IMG/VR virus record: IMGVR_UViG_3300028591_000100
Span: 1 to 64,000 of that record
Length of the DNA stretch: 64,000 nucleotides
Source of the DNA: a virus
Taxonomy: Duplodnaviria; Caudoviricetes
Strand: one strand, 5' to 3'
Made by a program: the position numbers and the translations under genes
Notes under the pieces: generated by a model
What the model saw: the letters and a program-made list of their open reading frames with translations, nothing else
Database searches by the model: none
What the model was told of the DNA's origin: nothing
Shown here: one piece after another, positions 46,033 through 56,444 of the stretch
Position numbering within the stretch: position 1 is the first letter of the stretch
Layout of the letters: every line of letters begins with the position of its first letter

Positions 46033-46328
46033 TTGCTCTTATCTCCCTGTAACTCTGTAAATTCCTTATCATTTATTCTCACAACACTTGGTGTACGTTC
46101 TATAGAAGTCATCAATGCATTGTTAAGACTCATATTTGAAATCTCTAACCTTATATTATATAATTCAGCTCTAAGCGTATTGTTTTTTTCTTTCAAATAA
46201 ACATTTTCAATAGTCAATTCTTTATTTTCTGCTCTTAATCTATCTAATTCTTCTTTTAGTTTATTTTGTCTATACATCCTCTTCCACCTCGATTTCATCA
46301 TCCATATTGGTATCTTTAAAAATATCAA
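46029..46328 (-). CDS. coiled-coil hypothetical protein
   Basis: probable start at MYRQNK. Confidence 0.7.
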   Translation of the reverse strand: MIFLKIPIWMMKSRWKRMYRQNKLKEELDRLRAENKELTIENVYLKEKNNTLRAELYNIRLEISNMSLNNALMTSIERTPSVVRINDKEFTELQGDKSK

Positions 46329-46572
46329 TTATAACTTTATTTACGTCATCTTCACTATAATCCATACAAGGTGGAAATTTTGGTTCTTTTCCACCATAAT
46401 GCCTTACTTCTTTGGGACAATCAAAACTGCTTCCGTCCGCATAATCAGCATGCTCATAAGGACAATATTTACATTTGTTGTCACCAATTATATTTAAAAT
46501 TTCTTCATCAGCTAAATCACCGATTTTCTTTTTCATATTATTCACTTCTATTTTTCCTAAAAACAAGCACAA
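46270..46572 (-). CDS. hypothetical protein with CxxC
   Basis: probable start at MKKKIGDL. Confidence 0.7.
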   Translation of the reverse strand: MCLFLGKIEVNNMKKKIGDLADEEILNIIGDNKCKYCPYEHADYADGSSFDCPKEVRHYGGKEPKFPPCMDYSEDDVNKVIIDIFKDTNMDDEIEVEEDV

Positions 46573-46805
46573 TCAAGTACCCATTTATTGTAAAAGTTGT
46601 CGTATACTTTGAAATAATATCTAATACCTTTTAATATAAAATAATTGCCATTTCTTGATTGTTTATATTTGATTGTATGTTGTGTGCCTTTATAACTAAA
46701 TGCAATTTCTTGATATATTGTAGATATGGCACATTCACTTTTTATTTCTTCACCATATTTATTGATAGCTGTTAATTCTAATTTACCCATATTACTCATT
46801 CTCAT
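46557..46805 (-). CDS. hypothetical protein
   Basis: array position. Confidence 0.65.
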   Translation of the reverse strand: MRMSNMGKLELTAINKYGEEIKSECAISTIYQEIAFSYKGTQHTIKYKQSRNGNYFILKGIRYYFKVYDNFYNKWVLDCACF

Positions 46806-47040
46806 CCTTTAACTCAATAATATTTAAAATTGTAAAATATTTTTGCAAATTTCTGTAATAACTATTGTGACGAGCTTCTTCTTGTTTCTTTTTTGCATAC
46901 TCTTGGAATTTCTCGTAGGCTTCCTTCTTTGAAGAAGCCTCTAACTCATAATTATTTAATCCTGTGTTTGTTACAGTTGAACCACTGTACTCATTATAAA
47001 ATGAAGAATACCCTTCATAAACAATTATATATTTATTCAT
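46792..47040 (-). CDS. hypothetical protein
   Basis: array position. Confidence 0.7.
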   Translation of the reverse strand: MNKYIIVYEGYSSFYNEYSGSTVTNTGLNNYELEASSKKEAYEKFQEYAKKKQEEARHNSYYRNLQKYFTILNIIELKDENE

Positions 47041-47237
47041 AATCTATTCGCTCTCATTCTTTAAATATTTTTCTACTTTATCAACATCCAGTAAATGCAT
47101 TAGGTCCAACCAAGTTATCACATTTGTAATGTCTTTGTCATCTGTATTATTTTCTTTACACCATTTTTCAAATAATTTAGCAACCTTATGTCTTTGACTA
47201 TAAAATAATATTCCCATATCTATTCATTTATCCTCTC

Positions 47238-47528
47238 TTAAATTTCTTCTAAGATGATAGACTCTCTTTCTTCATCTATAGCATCTTTTAATTTTTGTGC
47301 AGCCTCTAAATGAAGAAAACTAAAATAATCATAATTATTATAACCTTTATATGTAACAATTAAGATAGGTACGTCAAAAGGCTTACTCTTAATAATTTTA
47401 GTTTCCGCAACATTGTTTAAATTAAGGGTTAATACTGTATATGGCATCTTAAATATAATATCAATTGTTCTAGGATATTCTTGCATAACTCCATTAGACA
47501 CTTTAAAAAGTCTTAATAATTCAGCCAT
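47238..47528 (-). CDS. hypothetical protein
   Basis: GAGGTG RBS. Confidence 0.7.
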   Translation of the reverse strand: MAELLRLFKVSNGVMQEYPRTIDIIFKMPYTVLTLNLNNVAETKIIKSKPFDVPILIVTYKGYNNYDYFSFLHLEAAQKLKDAIDEERESIILEEI

Positions 47529-47530
47529 CT

Positions 47531-47791
47531 TTATTCACCTCTATTCTCTTGATATCTATAAGGCTCATATTCATTGTTATTAGCCTTTCTCACATAAACA
47601 TTATAGTCAGCTTTTTTATCTAGCTCAAGCTGTCTATTTACTTCAGCATTACAATTAGGACAGTTATGTACACCGCTTGTCATCATCATACTTCCGTATA
47701 CAGCATGGCTACCACAATGAGGGCAAATACAAACACAATCCATTTCATTTTCAGCTTCTTGAATTACTTTAATTCTTCCTATATGTTTCAT
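47531..47791 (-). CDS. zinc-ribbon protein
   Basis: CPHC...CPNC. Confidence 0.7.
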   Translation of the reverse strand: MKHIGRIKVIQEAENEMDCVCICPHCGSHAVYGSMMMTSGVHNCPNCNAEVNRQLELDKKADYNVYVRKANNNEYEPYRYQENRGE

Positions 47792-47797
47792 ACTTAA

Positions 47798-48283
47798 TTA
47801 CCACCTTGTATATCCGTTTGCTGTCGGTACTTGTAGTATATCAGAATCGTCTGGTTCTGTCTGGCCTTTGAATAAAACTCCACATTCCTTATTGATGTAT
47901 GCAAGCAACCCTCGATAGCCCCATTCTGGAAGATTCATTTGCGGCACTTTTTGTTTAACAACTTCTTTTGTTTTTTCACTTAATTGAAAATTTAGTGCAT
48001 ACTCAATAAGCCATTTATCCCATAGGACATTTTCTTCATCTGTCCACTCTTTGTTGTGAGGGTGGCCGCAGCAATTATTATAATATTGTATTACTTCTTT
48101 TGCTTTCGCATGTTTATACTGTTCTTTGTATAGCTTTGTTTGGACTAGTTCCATGATCATATTTGAATAATCTAGCTCTAAACCTTTATCCATAATATAC
48201 ATTTTAACAATATCCTGTTCTTTCATGCCCATGCCAAATGCAGAATACCATTCTAAATATTCTTTTAATGATTGCATTTCCAT
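47798..48283 (-). CDS. hypothetical protein
   Basis: AAGGAGG RBS. Confidence 0.8.
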   Translation of the reverse strand: MEMQSLKEYLEWYSAFGMGMKEQDIVKMYIMDKGLELDYSNMIMELVQTKLYKEQYKHAKAKEVIQYYNNCCGHPHNKEWTDEENVLWDKWLIEYALNFQLSEKTKEVVKQKVPQMNLPEWGYRGLLAYINKECGVLFKGQTEPDDSDILQVPTANGYTRW

Positions 48284-48308
48284 TATCTAAGATACCTCCT
48301 TCAATGCT

Positions 48309-48635
48309 TCAAATAAATAGTTTATTATTTAAGTCCATTATTAGTTCTCGAAGTAAAGACCTCTTAGCAAGTTCTTCAGCTTGACAAGAAACTTCTTTTA
48401 TAAACTCATTTAATACATTATTCTTACATTCCTCTATATTGCAGTTGTTATGCTTTGTATAACACATAAAATAAATAGGTTCATAGGTTGTATCAAAACC
48501 ATCTCTATGAATTACTCCAGACTCAAAACCTATTACAATGTCATTAGCCAATACGTCAATCTGGACCTTAGGTCTAGGTAACTGACCACAATATTGTTCA
48601 GCTAATTCTTCCATACTACAAACCTGATGCTTCAT
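48309..48635 (-). CDS. hypothetical protein
   Basis: AGGTG RBS. Confidence 0.75.
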   Translation of the reverse strand: MKHQVCSMEELAEQYCGQLPRPKVQIDVLANDIVIGFESGVIHRDGFDTTYEPIYFMCYTKHNNCNIEECKNNVLNEFIKEVSCQAEELAKRSLLRELIMDLNNKLFI

Positions 48636-48719
48636 TTTAATTCACCTGCTTTCCATTCTGTTTTTAGTATTTCAAATTCTTCTTGGGATTCAATTCGTAG
48701 CCCATCCTGGAATTTCCAC

Positions 48720-48908
48720 TTATTTTCCCTCCTGAGGCTCATCGAACACATATTTAACAATACTGGCGTCTAGTAGCGCCTGTTTAAATAAGTCCTCATG
48801 ATGATTAATATAACCAATTAGGTAATGTGTCACTTGGTTTTCAGTATCATACACACAGATAGCTTTCTTTTTTCTATCAGGACATTTAACAATTTCAATT
48901 ACATACAT
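48720..48908 (-). CDS. hypothetical protein
   Basis: AAGGAG RBS. Confidence 0.7.
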   Translation of the reverse strand: MYVIEIVKCPDRKKKAICVYDTENQVTHYLIGYINHHEDLFKQALLDASIVKYVFDEPQEGK

Positions 48909-49252
48909 GACTTTTTCTCCTTTTTATAGGTTACCCATTTTCCTGCATCTACTTGTTTAAAATCTAGGGTTGAATTTTTAGATAAAATGTAGCGCTGAGC
49001 ATCCTCTAATGTGTAGAACCATGACTCGCCTAATTCGCTAAAGTCATAATCAGGATAGATTGCCCAATTAGGAAACTCTAGGTTTAGCTGTGTAGTAAAA
49101 GATTTTTCGCCAACCAAGTAAACAGGTTCTTTATAAATTGCATTAAACAAATAGTTTTTATTTTCTGAATAATGCAGAATATAAACAATGTCACCAACGT
49201 GTGGTTTCAAATTATAGCGTTTTTTGTTGTTTTTCAAACGTTTTTTAAGCAT
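48899..49252 (-). CDS. hypothetical protein
   Basis: GGGAGG RBS. Confidence 0.75.
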   Translation of the reverse strand: MLKKRLKNNKKRYNLKPHVGDIVYILHYSENKNYLFNAIYKEPVYLVGEKSFTTQLNLEFPNWAIYPDYDFSELGESWFYTLEDAQRYILSKNSTLDFKQVDAGKWVTYKKEKKSCM

Positions 49253-49284
49253 TTTTCTGTTCCTCCCTACTTTCAGATTTTATT

Positions 49285-49710
49285 TTATTTGCCGCTCTTA
49301 AGTTCTTCTGTTAGTATTTGTTCAGCCTCAGCAGTTTGTGCATCAGCTACCACTTGCATGATTTGGCCAAGAATATAAGCGTTTGCCCGCGCTTGTTGTG
49401 AGCCCATAAGACCACGAGGGTATTCTTGCACGATACGCTCTATTCTTTGAAAATTCTTTATAATTGATTGAAGACGCACATAATGTGGTGCTAGAATTTC
49501 ATTGTACCCCATCTCATCCACTTCGGCATCAATAAGTTCATTCCAAGACTCTGGATCTAATCTTGCAATGTCTTCTAGTGACATGCCCAATGCCGCATAT
49601 GTAGTCCATTTAGACTTAGATGGGCCTGCCTTTATCTTGGCGTTATTGTATAACATCTCTAGTGACTCCAATGGAGTGTATTTACTTATACTATATTTGT
49701 TCTTGCTCAT
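49285..49710 (-). CDS. hypothetical protein
   Basis: GAGG RBS. Confidence 0.8.
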   Translation of the reverse strand: MSKNKYSISKYTPLESLEMLYNNAKIKAGPSKSKWTTYAALGMSLEDIARLDPESWNELIDAEVDEMGYNEILAPHYVRLQSIIKNFQRIERIVQEYPRGLMGSQQARANAYILGQIMQVVADAQTAEAEQILTEELKSGK

Positions 49711-49711
49711 A

Positions 49712-50038
49712 TTAAAACCTCATTCCTATGCAAGTTGCAAAAGTAATTTCAATAATTTCATGGTAGTATTTAGGAGTACCTGTTTGAAACCACTCTTGTG
49801 CATATTTTTTATCATATATTACTTGAAGCTCATCGTAATTATCAGAAACTTCCCCTGTCAAACACACAAACTCAAATAAATCAAACACAGCGATGGCATA
49901 AATACTACCATGTCTGTCTCTATGACCATACAAAAGTTTAAAAAGATTATTGGCAAACCTCATATAATCAGGTGTGTAGATTTCATTAAGATTCAGTGTG
50001 CTCACATGACGTTGTGCTTCTGGTGCAAACTTACTCAT
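49712..50038 (-). CDS. hypothetical protein
   Basis: GGAGG RBS. Confidence 0.8.
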   Translation of the reverse strand: MSKFAPEAQRHVSTLNLNEIYTPDYMRFANNLFKLLYGHRDRHGSIYAIAVFDLFEFVCLTGEVSDNYDELQVIYDKKYAQEWFQTGTPKYYHEIIEITFATCIGMRF

Positions 50039-50203
50039 GTTTTTTTACCTCCGCCTTAATAGGGGTATTTGTAGTAGACATATCTATTTTACGATAATCT
50101 TCAAAATTAATCCCTTTGATCGCATTGTAAAATTCAGTTAATAGTTTTGCTTTTCTTAATTCTTCTTTTATCTTATTTTTCATAAATATTACCAACCTTT
50201 CAA

Positions 50204-50235
50204 TTATATTATAGCAGAATAAAATAGAAAGTCAA
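50204..50235 (-). promoter_or_regulatory. phage promoter class A
   Basis: TTGACTttctattttATTCTGCTATAATATAA. Confidence 0.85.
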
Positions 50236-50249
50236 TAAAAAAAGGAGGA

Positions 50250-51104
50250 TTACTCCTCCTCTTTTGTTGGGAAATGTTCTTCATAAACTGGCCAACTATC
50301 ATCGACTGGTTCAAGCACCTTTACAAGCAGACACTTAAAAGGATATTTTACTTCATCAGTGCTCTTGTCTTCATGATGGAAAACTTGGTAGTATTCATAA
50401 GTAATAGCTTTTGAATCTTTATCGGTAATTCTTACTTCAACCACACCATTGCAAATAACAACATCATAAATTTTTGAGTAGACGTCTGTAAAATGAAAAC
50501 TACCATTATTTAGCTCATAATCCTTTTCAACAAGAGCTTTTAAGAAGTCCATTAGCTCCTCATAGAAAAGCGCAGCCTCACACCATCTAATAGAATCATG
50601 AATACATAAGAAAGCATCTTCAACTTCTGCCTCATCATCTAACTCAGTTGGACGATAGTCATTATACACCTTCCAAGAACAACCATCCCATAAAGGAAAT
50701 TTTTCCATAGCTATACGTTGGAAAATTTTTTCAGTTTGGACACTGTTAAATTCGCCAGAAGCACACCTATGAAAATCTGCTTCTCGAAGCATGTAAAAAA
50801 TTTCATTGGATTCCCCTGAAGAAAATTTTGACATTAAGGCTTCTATATCCCTTTTAATAATAGGGAAAGAACTTACTTCAAGAGTATGAGCAAAACCTGC
50901 TCTTGGTTCTTTTTTGTCATAAAATATAACAGGACGAGTCTCTGATAGTCTAACTTGTTCGTCTGGATAAGGTAGATATCGAACCGCCATTCCCTCGTAA
51001 GCACCCTTTTCGTGGTATTTAATACTTCCATCCTTATTTAATTTATACTTGTATGGGCTTAATTCAAAACCAATACTTCCACTTACATAAGTCCAGTTAC
51101 TCAT
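50250..51104 (-). CDS. hypothetical protein
   Basis: start moved to MSNWTYV behind GAGGAG. Confidence 0.85.
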   Translation of the reverse strand: MSNWTYVSGSIGFELSPYKYKLNKDGSIKYHEKGAYEGMAVRYLPYPDEQVRLSETRPVIFYDKKEPRAGFAHTLEVSSFPIIKRDIEALMSKFSSGESNEIFYMLREADFHRCASGEFNSVQTEKIFQRIAMEKFPLWDGCSWKVYNDYRPTELDDEAEVEDAFLCIHDSIRWCEAALFYEELMDFLKALVEKDYELNNGSFHFTDVYSKIYDVVICNGVVEVRITDKDSKAITYEYYQVFHHEDKSTDEVKYPFKCLLVKVLEPVDDSWPVYEEHFPTKEEE

Positions 51105-51174
51105 GTTTTTCTCCTCTTTTCCTTCAATTTTTGCCAAATAAAATGACACTTTTATTTAGTGGTATTTTTAGGGG

Positions 51175-51495
51175 TTAGAAAGGCAGTTCTATGTCTGCCT
51201 CTCGTTCGTCTAAAATTGTAGTGATTACACCGATCAACATTAACGCCCCATGTCTATTAGTGTTGGCGATTTCCATAACAGTTTCTCTGATGGTATACAA
51301 CTGAGAGCTACTCATTGTTATAAAAGGGCGTGGCTTTTTATCCCCTGGGAAAAGCCAAGTTTTATTTGTTGCACAAAACTCCCACCAAGCGTCTAAGAAA
51401 CAGTCCTTTGAAATTTGATTAGCAGCTACGCTGATATAATCTAATCGTGTTTTTTGAATACGCTCTTTTTTTGCTTCTAGTTCAAGTCCTGTCAT
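51175..51495 (-). CDS. hypothetical protein
   Basis: 106 aa. Confidence 0.7.
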   Translation of the reverse strand: MTGLELEAKKERIQKTRLDYISVAANQISKDCFLDAWWEFCATNKTWLFPGDKKPRPFITMSSSQLYTIRETVMEIANTNRHGALMLIGVITTILDEREADIELPF

Positions 51496-51513
51496 ACCAT
51501 CATCTTCTTTCTG

Positions 51514-52188
51514 TTATAATTCGTCGACAGACTCTAAAATCTTATCAACGACTCCATTTTCAATTTGCTCATCAGCATACATATACCATTCGATATTATT
51601 TTTCTTAGAAAATTTTTGAGAACTGATTCTAGTCTTAGCTAAAACATGCTCTCTCATAACCTTAACGCAATGTTCATAGTCTGCCATTTGCGCCTTAGTT
51701 TGCTCATAAGTTCCTTGAGTTCCTCCTGAACCTGAATGAACTAGAGCTGTTGAATTTTTAGTTGCGAATCTCTTATGCCCTGAGATAAGGATTAAGAAAG
51801 CTGCACTCATGGCTACGCCCATATTATAAGTATAGACAGGGGTCTTACTCATGGCAATAGTGTCGATTACATTGAAACAAGCTGAAGCTTCTCCACCATA
51901 ACTATAAATATAGATTTTAATAGGTTTTCTTTCTTCTACGGGTAAGCCAGCATCCACTTTATTGAAATGCATAATTAGCTTACTAATTTCTAGTGTAGAA
52001 ACGTCAATAGAATCATCTAACCAAATTTCTCTATTAGCTAGATTCTTATAATACATTAACAACTCTGGATCGGGTAAACAAGCATCTTGTCCTTCCCCTC
52101 CTAGTTGTAGACCTGCAGCCGCTAAAATTTCGTCTAGGTCATCTAAATTTCCTTTACCAGCAATCTTTTTTACATTATTTGTTCTCAT
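51514..52188 (-). CDS. clpP: ATP-dependent Clp protease proteolytic subunit (phage ClpP-like)
   Basis: KPIKIYIYSYGG, GVAMSAAFLI (catalytic Ser), LVH, WYMYADE. Confidence 0.88.
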   Translation of the reverse strand: MRTNNVKKIAGKGNLDDLDEILAAAGLQLGGEGQDACLPDPELLMYYKNLANREIWLDDSIDVSTLEISKLIMHFNKVDAGLPVEERKPIKIYIYSYGGEASACFNVIDTIAMSKTPVYTYNMGVAMSAAFLILISGHKRFATKNSTALVHSGSGGTQGTYEQTKAQMADYEHCVKVMREHVLAKTRISSQKFSKKNNIEWYMYADEQIENGVVDKILESVDEL

Positions 52189-52240
52189 TTAAAATCCTCT
52201 TCATATATTAAAAATTTTTGTAGGAATGACTCCTAATCAC

Positions 52241-52272
52241 TTATATTATAGCAGAATTATTTTTAAAGTCAA
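52241..52272 (-). promoter_or_regulatory. phage promoter class A
   Basis: TTGACTttaaaaataATTCTGCTATAATATAA. Confidence 0.85.
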
Positions 52273-53157
52273 TTAGTTTTGTGTGTTACCATCAAAATCT
52301 ATAACTAAAACATTAGTTTGATTACTTAAGGCTGTTGTTGCGTCTATGGCAATAAGATTATGGCCAAAATAAATATTGTGATTATCTTCTTCTGAAAGAT
52401 AGTGCTTGTTAAACTCTGAGCATCTGTAATGTCCACATACTAATACTTTATCTTTCTTGATTTCCTGATCAAATAATCCTGCATCAAAAAACTTATATGG
52501 ACAACCCCAAGAGGCTTTTGCCCATTCTTCATCAGTTGCATTTCTCCAGTCTTCCTTTTCCAAGAAAGCTTCGGTAACTCCTTCATAAATATATCGTGCT
52601 TCTAGTTTACCATAGTATTTATCATTCCAAGTTAACGGGATGAAAGAATGAACAAAAATATATTTATCTAACTCATAGAAATTGAGCCATTGTGAGCCTT
52701 GCAGCCATTTGGTGATTTCTGAGTTTTTTACCTGTGTTTGGATTTTTTCCCACAAGTCAACACTGTAGGCAGTCATTCCTTTATCAACGAACCCAAACTG
52801 TCTTGCAAGTACAAGTCTATATCCTTGTCTAAGGTCGTATAATGTTTCAAGACCTTCTTCTACAATTTGGCAAAAAGTCCAAACTGTTCCATTTGAGAAA
52901 TCATGTTCCTCAGGATAACTCTTATCTAATAAATCTAAATATAATGATTCGTGGTTACCTCTAATTAAAACGATTCTCTTTTTAGGAATTGATTTTAGAA
53001 ATTTATACACTTTTAAAGTTTCATCTCCACGATCAAAAACATCTCCACACACAATTAAAGTATGTTCAGGATTCTTTTTATCAAATCCTGCAGCCTTTAA
53101 AGACTTTAATAGAGGTTTATAATAACTATGTATATCAGACACTATAAAATATTTCAC
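52273..53157 (-). CDS. calcineurin-like metallophosphoesterase
   Basis: SDIHS, GDVFDRG, RGNHE, FVHS, VCGHY; probable GTG start. Confidence 0.92.
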   Translation of the reverse strand: MKYFIVSDIHSYYKPLLKSLKAAGFDKKNPEHTLIVCGDVFDRGDETLKVYKFLKSIPKKRIVLIRGNHESLYLDLLDKSYPEEHDFSNGTVWTFCQIVEEGLETLYDLRQGYRLVLARQFGFVDKGMTAYSVDLWEKIQTQVKNSEITKWLQGSQWLNFYELDKYIFVHSFIPLTWNDKYYGKLEARYIYEGVTEAFLEKEDWRNATDEEWAKASWGCPYKFFDAGLFDQEIKKDKVLVCGHYRCSEFNKHYLSEEDNHNIYFGHNLIAIDATTALSNQTNVLVIDFDGNTQN

Positions 53158-53732
53158 TAGTCTAGCCCCCATAATTTTTTAAAGTCTACATCTTTTATCT
53201 CATTTTCGACCTTTATAATTTCCCCATTTTCACCAGGAGTATAAGTACAGCGGACAGGAATGTCATCTTCAGTTAGTCTACTAAGGAAGTCAGCTGAAAC
53301 CTCTTTGTGGGACAATATTTTATTCTTACAATCCTCACAATAATAGTTTACCCATCCATTGCTTACATATCTAGCTGGGTTACCACATTGAACACAATAA
53401 CACATTGACAAGAAATCATATTTGGTAATTATGTCACCAACTTCTTTTGGATGTCCATTGTCATACCATCTTAAAGTGCCATATTTTTCTTTGATTTGAG
53501 TTATGCGATAATCATCTAAATAATTTGCCTTAATTAAGGCATTTTTAATTTCTTGGCACATTTGTATACCAAAAGCCTTTCTCCAACCAGGTGGCATCGC
53601 GTCTAGTTCAGTGTATGAATAATCATAGTCTTTTGAAACCTCGTCTGTCCATCTATTTCTTGGTAAAAGAAATGGGAATTCTTCTATTAACTTTTTATTT
53701 TCTTCAATTTTCATTTCTTTATTTTCTTCCAT
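53157..53732 (-). CDS. hypothetical phage protein
   Basis: MPPGW, QIKEKYGTLRWY, CVQCG motifs. Confidence 0.85.
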   Translation of the reverse strand: MEENKEMKIEENKKLIEEFPFLLPRNRWTDEVSKDYDYSYTELDAMPPGWRKAFGIQMCQEIKNALIKANYLDDYRITQIKEKYGTLRWYDNGHPKEVGDIITKYDFLSMCYCVQCGNPARYVSNGWVNYYCEDCKNKILSHKEVSADFLSRLTEDDIPVRCTYTPGENGEIIKVENEIKDVDFKKLWGLD

Positions 53733-53734
53733 AT

Positions 53735-54496
53735 TTAATCTCCCCACCCATCATAATGTTTTGCAATTAATTTAAAATAGTTATTAATATCAGTTTGTCT
53801 TTCTTTTGCTGCTTTCTTTAATAAATAAAAGAAATAATCATGATTTTCCTTATCTGGTTTTCCATTTGACCATTCAGAAGTGTAGGCTGTGTTTACATCG
53901 TTCTTGGTTAGATTGTTTTCTTTTAACCAATCTTTTAGTTTGGTTATGTTTTTATCTTTTAAGAAATGTGCCTTATCAGAAACATCTTCATTAAAGTTTT
54001 CTTTTCCACCATATTCAAGGAATAGTTCGTCAAACATGCCTGTGTTATATAACTTAACTAATAGATCGCCTTTATTGTAATTAATGGCTCTATTATCAAT
54101 TTTCTTATAAACCAGTGTGACTTGAACACTATTTGCAGCATTCCAAGCGTGTGCATAGTTATCGTAATCATCTTTCAATATTTTCTTACCTAATTCAATG
54201 ACTTCTGTCATTTCTTTTATTTGTTTCTCAGTTTCCTCTTCTACAATATGAGAATAATTTTGCATATAATCACGCATTTCAATAATTTTGAATTGTATCA
54301 ACTCAATTAGCCCACACCAAGGATATTGCCTTTTGATAAAATATTTCCAAGATTTGAACCAAGCAGGGTTAACAGTTTGATCATAGCCAATTAATTCTTT
54401 AGCTTCTTCTTTTAATATTTTTCTAGATTTTTTATTTGGTTGCCACCAGGCAGTTCTAAAAAGACATCGAAAAAATCTTTTTATTAGCCTTCTCAT
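53735..54496 (-). CDS. hypothetical protein
   Basis: 253 aa, GGAG RBS. Confidence 0.85.
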   Translation of the reverse strand: MRRLIKRFFRCLFRTAWWQPNKKSRKILKEEAKELIGYDQTVNPAWFKSWKYFIKRQYPWCGLIELIQFKIIEMRDYMQNYSHIVEEETEKQIKEMTEVIELGKKILKDDYDNYAHAWNAANSVQVTLVYKKIDNRAINYNKGDLLVKLYNTGMFDELFLEYGGKENFNEDVSDKAHFLKDKNITKLKDWLKENNLTKNDVNTAYTSEWSNGKPDKENHDYFFYLLKKAAKERQTDINNYFKLIAKHYDGWGD

Positions 54497-54507
54497 GTTA
54501 TCATCTC

Positions 54508-55053
54508 CTATTTATTAAATGTTTTTGCTTTTTCGCAAGGGAACATTTCAGTACATTTACCATTTCTATATTCACATTGTGGAACTAGTAATCCCTCAAA
54601 TTCAGGATATTTATCAAGAACTAATCTACATATCTCTCTTACAACCTTTCTGGTTTCTAAGCTTGCTTGGTTGCACAAACGTTTATGTGCAACAGTCATT
54701 AGCTCTTCAGCATTCATATCCCAAATCATATCAACGGGTGCGTCTTGAGGCGCCTTATTTCTGTCATAATTATCTTGTCTATCATTTCTTTGTGACTTTA
54801 CATATGGTTGTGCATGAATGTGTCTGCACAGATGGGTTGCTACCCAAGATGGAATATTCTCTATATAAAAGCTAAAGAATAATCTTCTAATAGGGCTGTG
54901 CTCTGCTTGTAAGATTCTTTTCTTCCAGCTAAAATCAGGACCATTCTTAGGATTTAAACCCATTGTCACTAAGGCTCTTCTTTTTACTTCTAGCCAATCT
55001 TTTTCAGTTGGGCTTTCAATCATAGTAATTTTTAATTCTTGCTTATTCTCCAT
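54508..55053 (-). CDS. thyX: FAD-dependent thymidylate synthase ThyX-like (short phage type)
   Basis: EHSPIR, HLCRH......SQR, KRLCNQAS.ETR, VPQC motifs. Confidence 0.8.
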   Translation of the reverse strand: MENKQELKITMIESPTEKDWLEVKRRALVTMGLNPKNGPDFSWKKRILQAEHSPIRRLFFSFYIENIPSWVATHLCRHIHAQPYVKSQRNDRQDNYDRNKAPQDAPVDMIWDMNAEELMTVAHKRLCNQASLETRKVVREICRLVLDKYPEFEGLLVPQCEYRNGKCTEMFPCEKAKTFNK

Positions 55054-55357
55054 AAATATCTTCTATAAACTCCTTATTGTGCATGATGATAGGCTTCTGC
55101 CCAAAATTCCCATAACTTAGTGCACGAATTGTATTATATTCAATCCACTCTATTGCGTCTTCTTCTGAGCAATGGTTCTCCGCCATATATTCCTCAACCA
55201 TTTTATCATAATCATAAACAAGTCGATTGTCATCAGTAATACCAACAATGGATTGATCATATGACTCATTGTCAAACAACAAAGGTTGTTCTTCTTCCTC
55301 TAATTGTTGTTCCTCACAGTAGGCCTCTAAGGCTTTTCTAAATTTTTTATCTATCAT
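55043..55357 (-). CDS. hypothetical phage protein
   Basis: YDQSIVG...VYDYDKM...EDAIEWIEYN. Confidence 0.8.
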   Translation of the reverse strand: MIDKKFRKALEAYCEEQQLEEEEQPLLFDNESYDQSIVGITDDNRLVYDYDKMVEEYMAENHCSEEDAIEWIEYNTIRALSYGNFGQKPIIMHNKEFIEDIYGE

Positions 55358-55359
55358 AA

Positions 55360-56295
55360 CTACTTCCCTTTCTCCTCCTCAAATAAATCAGCCAATCTAG
55401 CTGTTTCTGAACGTTCATCAATAGGCATGTCAACATAGCCAAATAAACGCTTGCCGCGTAGATGTTTAATTGCAGCTTTCATGCCCTGAGATTTATCAAA
55501 CCGAACTCTATCAGTTTGTTTAAAATCTCCCTCCATTAATAAATAGGAATCCTTGCCGATTCTACCTATAATAAGTTTCATAAGGTCTTCATCTAGGTTT
55601 TGAGCTTCAGTACATACAACTACACTATTGTCGAAATTACGGCCTCTTAAATGCTCTAAAGCCACTATTTCAAGCTGGTTATTTTTAATCATATGCAATA
55701 CTGCAGCCTCAGATTTTAAATTATCTATTAAAGGTGCTATCCAAGGTCTCATTTTCTCTAACAGGTCTCCAGGTAAGAATCCTAGTCCCCCTGTGTTTTT
55801 TACCCCAATTGTATTACGTAGCCATACAATCTTTTCGACTGTATGTGTTAGTAGCATCTCAACCGCTTTAACACTCGTTAATAAAGTTTTCCCACTGCCA
55901 AAATTACCTGATAACATTTTAAATGTGATATCATCATTGTTTAGTAAATCGATAGCAGCGACTTGTTCATCATTAATAGGTGTTATAATTCTAGTTTGTT
56001 TTTTACTAGCTTTATTTTCTTTTATGTTTCCTTCGTCATCGACTTTAAAATCAGAAAAACTGATCGAAATTTTTCCTCTACCAAACTTCTTTAATTCTCC
56101 TTTTACATACTGGTATTGATTAACTAACTTTTTTCTGCCGTCTTCCTCCATATACACTAATAAATATTCGTTCTCATACATGTCACATGGGGGAAAAGGT
56201 TTAACTGAAAAGTTAGCCCATTCCTCAACGGTTGGGGTCCATTTAACCCAACCTGTGTATTCTTCAATTTTTCTACTGTTTTCAAAGCTGCTCAA
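55360..56295 (-). CDS. phoH: PhoH-family ATPase
   Basis: GNFGSGKT, LGFLPGDL.EKM.PW, LRGRNF, TEAQN, GD..Q.D. Confidence 0.93.
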   Translation of the reverse strand: MSSFENSRKIEEYTGWVKWTPTVEEWANFSVKPFPPCDMYENEYLLVYMEEDGRKKLVNQYQYVKGELKKFGRGKISISFSDFKVDDEGNIKENKASKKQTRIITPINDEQVAAIDLLNNDDITFKMLSGNFGSGKTLLTSVKAVEMLLTHTVEKIVWLRNTIGVKNTGGLGFLPGDLLEKMRPWIAPLIDNLKSEAAVLHMIKNNQLEIVALEHLRGRNFDNSVVVCTEAQNLDEDLMKLIIGRIGKDSYLLMEGDFKQTDRVRFDKSQGMKAAIKHLRGKRLFGYVDMPIDERSETARLADLFEEEKGK

Positions 56296-56444
56296 TGTTG
56301 TTACTCCTTACTTCTTATTGATATTTTTTGTTATTTGATCTTCTGTATAATAGCATTGGTCCATCTCTTTGCGTTTCATTTTTTTAAAAGGGGCCAAATG
56401 GTTTAACCTATTATATATAAACGGTGCCACAATTAGCAATATAA